Shown: one piece after another, positions 26,238 to 32,000 of the stretch
How the letters are laid out: the number at the start of each line of letters is the position of its first letter
Numbering within the stretch: position 1 is the first letter of the stretch
Assembly (NCBI GenBank): GCA_964510585.1
Contig: CAZECW010000193.1
Location: 33,930 to 65,929 of the forward strand
Length of the DNA: 32,000 bases
Direction: 5' to 3'
Origin: an uncultured archaeon
Lineage (GTDB): Archaea > Asgardarchaeota > Jordiarchaeia > Jordiarchaeales > Jordiarchaeaceae
Notes under the pieces: model-generated
What the model saw: only the letters and a program-made list of their open reading frames with translations
Databases searched by the model: none
What the model was told of the DNA's origin: nothing
Position numbers and translations under genes: made by a program

Positions 26238-27992
26238 ATGATAAGCGACATTAACTTACTGTATCCCATAATAATCCCAATTGGGACCGCGTTACTGGTA
26301 CTAGGAGCTGGCTCCCTATTCGAAAAAGTGGCGGGAGGCAGACTCCAGAGAATTAGAGAAGCACTGGCAACTTTAGGCTTCGCGGCTACGGCAGTGGTTA
26401 TTTATCAGCTGTACTGGGATCTTACTGTTCTGAAACTAGTATCTGACTTCTCACTCCTAGTTTGGGGCGTCTATATTACGCCCACGTTCTACTTTGAGTA
26501 CATGCCTGGCGGCTTTGCATTAAATATGTTCATAAATCTGTTGTTGGGCGGCGCGGGTCCGTTGTCACTGGTCACAGCACCGCCTACGGGCTCTGTGTTC
26601 GCAGTAGACTTTCTAAGCATGCTTATGGCGGCGGCCTTCACCGGTCTGGGGCTACTGGTATGCATCTACTCCATAAACTATATGGAGCACGATACAGGAA
26701 AGACCAAGTATTATGCAGCGCTACTAGTGCTGGTGGGTTCTCTTAACGGAATAGTTTTTGCAGGTGACCTGTTCACACTATTCGTGTTCTTTGAAATGAT
26801 GAGCATCACCGCCTTTGTCTTGGTGGGATTCAGAAAAGAAAAGTGGGAACCGGTAGAGGCGGGTTTCAAGTATCTAGTAATGGTGGCAGTTGGGAGCACT
26901 TTGATTCTCTACGCTAGCTCATTCATATATGGATACACTGGCACGCTAAACTTCGCCTACGTTGGAACCCTTATGAACGCTTTGGATCAGCTTCAATTGT
27001 ACACTGGCAGACCTCTATTCTACCTGATAGTTGCATTTTTGATTGCGGGTTTCGGTGTTGAGTCTGCTATTGTGCCGTTCCACTTCTGGCTTCCTGACGC
27101 GCATCCGGCGGCTCCTAGCGGCATGAGTGCTATGCTGTCGGGTGTGGTGATCGCTTCTGGTGTGTATGCTTTGATTCGAAGCTTGACTGTGATGTTCCCA
27201 ATTCAGTCCACACCATTCCCATATCTATGGTTCACGTTCTCCACAACTCCCTATAGTTACCCGTATGGTTTCCCATCCTTCCCCTATCCTTTTGACTGGA
27301 ACTACGCACTAGTTGTACTGTCTATAATTACTATGGTTGTAGCTAACATCATGGCTCTCCTACAAAAGGACATTAAGCGTCTGTTAGCTTATAGCAGTAT
27401 TCTAAACATCGGCTACATATTAATCGGCTTATCCACTGGGACCCTTCTGGGATTCACCGCTTCGTGGTTCCACGTAGTTAACCATGCTATGATGAAGGGA
27501 CTCCTGTTCTTGTGCGCGGGAGCTTACCTGCATGCTACGGGGTCTCGAATGCTAGATGACCTGTCTGGTATTGGACGGAAGATGCCCGCTACAAGCATTG
27601 CTTTAGCTATTGGCTCTTTGGGGCTTATTGGTTTACCACCGTTCAATGGCTTCTGGTCTAAGCTGTTGTTGATTCTTGCACCGGTTCAGCTTGCCCCCTT
27701 CACCCTGAATGGTGCGGTCTGGATTACTCTGGCTCTGGTGGCAGTATTGGCTAGTGGCTTCTCAGCCATATATTACTTGAGGCTGATTCAGATTATATGG
27801 TTTGGTAAGGAGTCTGCAAAGGTCAAGGAGCTGGAGAAGTCGAGAACTCCACTTTGGATGCTTGTGGCTATTGTGCTACTGGCTGTGGGCTGCGTGGTTT
27901 TCGGCTTATTCCCAGGTGTGCTTTATGCTATATCAAATAGGGCGGCTGAGGCTCTATTCTACTTGCCAGCGTACTTTGGCGGAATCCTCTAA
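26238..27992 (+). CDS. NuoN/MrpD-like antiporter subunit with atypical TM7/TM8 residues
   Basis: GDLFTLFVFFEMMS, EAGFKYL, PFHFWLPDAHPAAP, DIKRLLAYSSI, HVVNHAMMKGLLFL, GFWSK. Confidence 0.9.
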   Translation: MISDINLLYPIIIPIGTALLVLGAGSLFEKVAGGRLQRIREALATLGFAATAVVIYQLYWDLTVLKLVSDFSLLVWGVYITPTFYFEYMPGGFALNMFINLLLGGAGPLSLVTAPPTGSVFAVDFLSMLMAAAFTGLGLLVCIYSINYMEHDTGKTKYYAALLVLVGSLNGIVFAGDLFTLFVFFEMMSITAFVLVGFRKEKWEPVEAGFKYLVMVAVGSTLILYASSFIYGYTGTLNFAYVGTLMNALDQLQLYTGRPLFYLIVAFLIAGFGVESAIVPFHFWLPDAHPAAPSGMSAMLSGVVIASGVYALIRSLTVMFPIQSTPFPYLWFTFSTTPYSYPYGFPSFPYPFDWNYALVVLSIITMVVANIMALLQKDIKRLLAYSSILNIGYILIGLSTGTLLGFTASWFHVVNHAMMKGLLFLCAGAYLHATGSRMLDDLSGIGRKMPATSIALAIGSLGLIGLPPFNGFWSKLLLILAPVQLAPFTLNGAVWITLALVAVLASGFSAIYYLRLIQIIWFGKESAKVKELEKSRTPLWMLVAIVLLAVGCVVFGLFPGVLYAISNRAAEALFYLPAYFGGIL

Positions 27993-28174
27993 ATCTAATT
28001 CAATACCTTTTTTATTTTTTTTGGGAAAAATTGTCCTCGTCTTCTAGCCCTTTTTTGAGTTTTTGCTTCTTGGTGAATCTTTTCGAGACCATGTTCTTAG
28101 GGTAGTATGAGCCTTGATTTTTTGGAAAAGATTTAATTGTTTATTCTATGATAGATGTTTCTGAGGGCTGATGT

Positions 28175-28624
28175 ATGAGTCTAGGAAGAGATAGGAAGGA
28201 TTCTAGGAGATATAGTGTTGGGAATATTGGTAAATGGTTGGCCGTCGGTTCCGAGCTTCCTGTTATGATATTGGCCGGTGTTTTTATTGGATATTATGTT
28301 GGGGAACAGTTCGGTCCTCCCTTTTCTACTTATTCACTTATACTTGGTGCTGCCTTTGGCTTTCTAGTCGGAACTTATAATATAATTAAGATTGTTAAAA
28401 TTTGGGAGAAGAGAGAGATTTCCGAGAGAATTGATGGGAAAAAGCAAATTCGTACACCTCCTCCCTCAAAGGAATCAATGATAGTTAACAAAACAAGTAC
28501 TGAAAAGGATTCTGAACTTTCTGATGATGAAAAATTTGAGAGGGTTTTAAGACTTCTGAAACTTCAAGCTGATCTGCTGGGTGAAAAGTCTTCTCCTGAA
28601 AATAATTCGAAATTTGAGGAATAG
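28175..28624 (+). CDS. AtpZ/AtpI (ATPase_gene1)-like small membrane protein with a charged tail
   Basis: Two-TM pattern LAVGSELPVMILAGVFIGYYVGEQFG...LILGAAFGFLVG, directly upstream of ATP synthase subunit C. Confidence 0.7.
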   Translation: MSLGRDRKDSRRYSVGNIGKWLAVGSELPVMILAGVFIGYYVGEQFGPPFSTYSLILGAAFGFLVGTYNIIKIVKIWEKREISERIDGKKQIRTPPPSKESMIVNKTSTEKDSELSDDEKFERVLRLLKLQADLLGEKSSPENNSKFEE

Positions 28625-28687
28625 TTTTTATATGGGTAATTATCATAGTTGTCCCTGTCTCAAAAAGCGTCATTGGCGGGGTAGCTT

Positions 28688-29752
28688 ATGAGTGTTCTAA
28701 CGGCTTCACAATATGCACAAATTAACGCAAAGGTAAGAGCTCTTAAATCTAAAATGTTAACTGTAGGGGACTACGAGAGGCTGGTGCAAGCCAATAATAT
28801 TGACGATGTAATACGTCTCCTAAGCACAACACCCTACGGTGAGAAAATCGCTCAGGTTGATCTGAGGCCTCCTTTTGACCTAGATTCCCTAGATAAAATT
28901 CTCAACGAAGATCTGATTAAGAGTTTTGACCTATTAATAGGGGCTGCCTCGGGGGCAGCAAAACATTACTTGAAGCTTTATAAAGAAAAGTTCTACTTTG
29001 ACAATCTTAAAGTGGTACTCAACGCTGTGCATAATAAAATACCTAAACAAAAAGCTATGCAGTATATTCTCTCCCTATCCCCCGAGGAGGATGAATCGCT
29101 TAAAACTCTTTTAGACTCGCAAAATCTATATCAAGTTGTTGACCAAGTAAGGAACAGGAAAGCTAAAGAGGCATTAACTGCGGCTCTTCCACAGTTTGAC
29201 AATATTAAAGTGCCCATAGTTCTTGAAAACGCACTAGACGCTAAGATATTTGGAGAGCTATGGAGAAATATTAGTAGACTGTCGCAATCAGATAGAATTA
29301 ACATAAAACCAATAATAGGAACAAAAATCGATGTTATAAATATTTTAACTATTATGAGGTGTAAATTTCTAAAGCTTCGTCCAGAAATAATAGATCAACT
29401 AATTCTACCAGTTTTTTACAAGGCTGAGCAGGCTATCAGAGAATCAATTGGAGCACAAAACCTGGAAGCTGTACTAAATATCCTATCTTTATCTGACCAC
29501 CGATACTTAGCCTACAGAGCAAGAGAAGCATATGAACATGAGAAATCCATTTTCAGTATTGAACACGCTTTGAATGAGTACTACATTCAGATAGTCTACT
29601 CAACATTAATTGGATTCCCGTTTCACATAGGTGTTCCCATATCTTATCTTGAGCTTAAAGGCCAAGAAATCCGAAACATTAAAATAATAATTGTCGGGAA
29701 AGTAGAGGCGGTAGAACCAAGCAAAATACGCGACTTACTAATAATCTTCTGA
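28688..29752 (+). CDS. atpC: A/V-type ATP synthase subunit C (AC39/d family)
   Basis: YAQINAKVRALKSKML, LLSTTPYG, IDVINILTIMR, YLELKGQEIRNIKII. Confidence 0.92.
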   Translation: MSVLTASQYAQINAKVRALKSKMLTVGDYERLVQANNIDDVIRLLSTTPYGEKIAQVDLRPPFDLDSLDKILNEDLIKSFDLLIGAASGAAKHYLKLYKEKFYFDNLKVVLNAVHNKIPKQKAMQYILSLSPEEDESLKTLLDSQNLYQVVDQVRNRKAKEALTAALPQFDNIKVPIVLENALDAKIFGELWRNISRLSQSDRINIKPIIGTKIDVINILTIMRCKFLKLRPEIIDQLILPVFYKAEQAIRESIGAQNLEAVLNILSLSDHRYLAYRAREAYEHEKSIFSIEHALNEYYIQIVYSTLIGFPFHIGVPISYLELKGQEIRNIKIIIVGKVEAVEPSKIRDLLIIF

Positions 29753-29758
29753 AATGAG

Positions 29759-30085
29759 GTGAAAAAAATGAACAAAAAAATCATATTTCTTCAATTGGCG
29801 ATAGCACTAGTACTCATAATTACAGTTTACACAACGTTCGTAGTTGCACAAACCTTCGACTTCACTCCCTTTGCTAAATCCACGGTAGGTGCAGGAGCAG
29901 GTATGGCTGTGGGTTTGGCGGGCCTCGGAGCTGGTGTGGGCATGGGTACCGCTTCGGCGGCGGCAATTGGAGCTATAAGCGAAAAGCCAGAGATGTTTGG
30001 TAGAACTATCATCTACATTGTTCTAATTGAAGCTATTGCAATTTATGGACTGGTTATTAGCTTCTTGTTGTTGGGTTACCTGTAA
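29759..30085 (+). CDS. atpK: A/V-type ATP synthase proteolipid subunit K (c), single hairpin with N-terminal leader
   Basis: GLAGLGAGVGMG, SEKPE, IEAIAIYG (carrier Glu). Confidence 0.93.
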   Translation: MKKMNKKIIFLQLAIALVLIITVYTTFVVAQTFDFTPFAKSTVGAGAGMAVGLAGLGAGVGMGTASAAAIGAISEKPEMFGRTIIYIVLIEAIAIYGLVISFLLLGYL

Positions 30086-30452
30086 GAATTTTCAAGAAAT
30101 ATTATTACAAATTTTTTTAATCTTTTTCCTAAAATTCTACAAAAACCTGCGTTAGGCACATTTCTTGGGATTCTGTCCGCCCATCTATTTAGCTCTAGTA
30201 AGTTGAGTGTGTTAAATCTAACTCCGAACGTTAGGCCGAGAAACTTATTATGGTTACAAGGATCTCACATTTCACTGTTTCTCATTGCTATGTAAAAATT
30301 GGAGGTGCCGCATTTTCATTTTCCCAAGCATTGTATAGATCATTAGTTCTCTTTGTTTCTTCATAACAGTTTCAAAATAAGTGGACTTAAAATAGTCGAG
30401 CCAAGTCGGAGGCTGCAAAAGGGTCGAAAAATAAGATGTTGCGAAAAATTTT

Positions 30453-31136
30453 TTAGAAGATAACTTTTGCTACTTTTACCCTCAATTCTTTGATGTTTCG
30501 CTCCATTATTGATTCAAAGGTGTTATCAATGAAGATGCTTCTATCTTTCTTTCTTACTAGGCATCCGCCGATGGCATCTATTGTTTCTTTTGACACTATT
30601 ATACTAGTTGGATTTTTGGTTTCTGATCGCACTTTTTCTGCTATGGATGAGATATCCTTCAGGTGTTTTTCATGCCCCTTTGGCACTAGTACCTCTAATT
30701 CTCCTCCCCCAATTCCTATCGCTGCTTTTTGAATTAGCCTTTCTAGAATACCCTTATATTCTGACGAGGCCGTTAACTCCTTCAGTTTTTCGTTGGCTTT
30801 CTGAAATGCTTGTTCGATTAGTTGTTCTCGCGCTTGTGTTTTCCTTTGTCTTGCTCTGAGTTTTGCTTCTGCTAATTTTCTTCTTTTGTATCTTTCTGCC
30901 TCTTCCAATCCTCTCCTGACTATTTCATCTGCTCTCTTTTCTGCTTTGGATATAGCTTCTTCCTCGATTTCTTTTGCTCTAATTTTTGCTTTTTCTATTA
31001 TCTGTTTTGCTCTTTCTTCTGCGTCTTTTTCGATTTTACTTTTTATTTTCTTAAGTCTTTCCGACTCTGGCTCCTCTTCGCCCTCTACTATACCTTCTTT
31101 GATAACTTCTTCTTCTACTGTGTTCATTTTAATCAT
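30453..31136 (-). CDS. atpE: A/V-type ATP synthase subunit E
   Basis: Charged coiled-coil N-terminal half, IDAIGGCLV, IDNTFES, VAKVIF. Confidence 0.9.
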   Translation of the reverse strand: MIKMNTVEEEVIKEGIVEGEEEPESERLKKIKSKIEKDAEERAKQIIEKAKIRAKEIEEEAISKAEKRADEIVRRGLEEAERYKRRKLAEAKLRARQRKTQAREQLIEQAFQKANEKLKELTASSEYKGILERLIQKAAIGIGGGELEVLVPKGHEKHLKDISSIAEKVRSETKNPTSIIVSKETIDAIGGCLVRKKDRSIFIDNTFESIMERNIKELRVKVAKVIF

Positions 31137-31474
31137 CCCCCAACTATTGATTCTACGATTACCTTAACTGCTTCATCGACTTTTTTCGAACCTTCAGAAA
31201 TTATTTTTTCTACTTCTTTTTCTACTTCGCCTTTTATTCTACTGATTTCTTCTTCGACTTCCTTTTCTACTTGCTTCATTATTTCTTGAACTCTCTTTTC
31301 AGCAGCGCTAACTTTTTCTTCCATTAATGTGTCTCTTTTCAACAATGCATTGTTTTCTATTGCCTTTGCCTCACTTTCTGCTAAAGATATTCTTTTCTCA
31401 GCTTGCTCTTCAGCAATTCTGATGGCTTTCAGGATATCGGAAACCAAAGCGTTCACCTCAAACTCTGTTTTCAC
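31133..31474 (-). CDS. atpH: A/V-type ATP synthase subunit H (G)
   Basis: ILKAIRIAEEQAEKRI...A, KVDEAVKVIVESIVG; overlaps the atpE start by 4 nt. Confidence 0.82.
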   Translation of the reverse strand: MKTEFEVNALVSDILKAIRIAEEQAEKRISLAESEAKAIENNALLKRDTLMEEKVSAAEKRVQEIMKQVEKEVEEEISRIKGEVEKEVEKIISEGSKKVDEAVKVIVESIVGG

Positions 31475-31794
31475 CTTTGAAGTATTAGCTTTAACTATTT
31501 AACAATAACGCCTAATTGTGGGCACAGTTAACCCGGCGTCACTTATTGTGGGTAGGTTCGTGATATGTAGAAATGCCTTGATTTTAAGATGGAATGGGGT
31601 TAAGGTTGCGAAACATGCTCATTTAAAGTATAAGAATGTGAGAAAAAATAACAAAGAAGCACCAACCACACAATAAGAAACATCGTGGAAACTGTTGCAT
31701 TCACGCTGAGAAGGCGCCTTAAGTATGTGGGTTGTTGGGATAGTTCGAAAAGAATAATTGCTCTCGAATCCATCCCAACGGTGGTGAACCCCAC

Positions 31795-32000
31795 ATGTCA
31801 AAACTCGTGTTTGAAGCATTTAAATTTAACGAACAACTTGAAATTCTCACCACCTCCCCAGAAGCAGATTACCGGCTGAGAGGAAAAATAGAGCCCGGAC
31901 TACCCGGAAGCAGCCTGGAGAGCAGAGCCCTCTTCATAGAGAAACTGGTGAACGGAGACCCAAACTTCTTCCCAATAGACGCATTCCAAGTGGAAACAGA
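31795..32000 (+). CDS. Hypothetical protein, runs off the right edge
   Basis: GGTGGTG-type RBS, then ATG 31795: MSKLVFEAFKFNEQLEILTTSPEADYRLRGKIEPGLPGSS..., open to 32000. Not in the ORF track. Confidence 0.55.
   Translation, partial: MSKLVFEAFKFNEQLEILTTSPEADYRLRGKIEPGLPGSSLESRALFIEKLVNGDPNFFPIDAFQVET

Noticed and set aside
1-32000. CRISPR arrays, tRNA or rRNA genes
   Set aside because: No regularly spaced repeats, cloverleaf or rRNA signatures seen.

Overview
The window looks like an Asgard-type archaeon: Rab-like GTPase with longin/roadblock-like neighbours, a eukaryote-like Sec-containing SelD with a 3'-UTR SECIS, A-type ATP synthase genes, and GGAGGTG-type RBSs. Left to right it holds: a small-GTPase cluster; a lipoate ligase; a doubly frameshifted radical SAM-HhH fusion; nitroreductase with CoxE/CoxD; a decayed patch (MFS fragment, a 276-bp IS608-like mini-element, an IS5-like remnant); and a complete 11-subunit complex-I-like group 4 [NiFe] hydrogenase. 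The hydrogenase is split into two divergent operons (ABCDHI on -, JKLMN on +) with a gcvH-lplA-selD cassette between them. Scattered A-type ATP synthase genes follow. The top finding is in selD. Besides an in-frame UGA (Sec) and a probable CTG start, it carries a 30-nt stop-containing insertion (19697-19726) that folds as a bulge-helix-bulge/loop. The predicted tRNA-endonuclease cut sites remove exactly the insertion and restore the conserved D-V-Y-A-I-G-G motif, so this is a candidate tRNA-type intron in an mRNA. All family calls come from motif recognition by eye; no searches were run.
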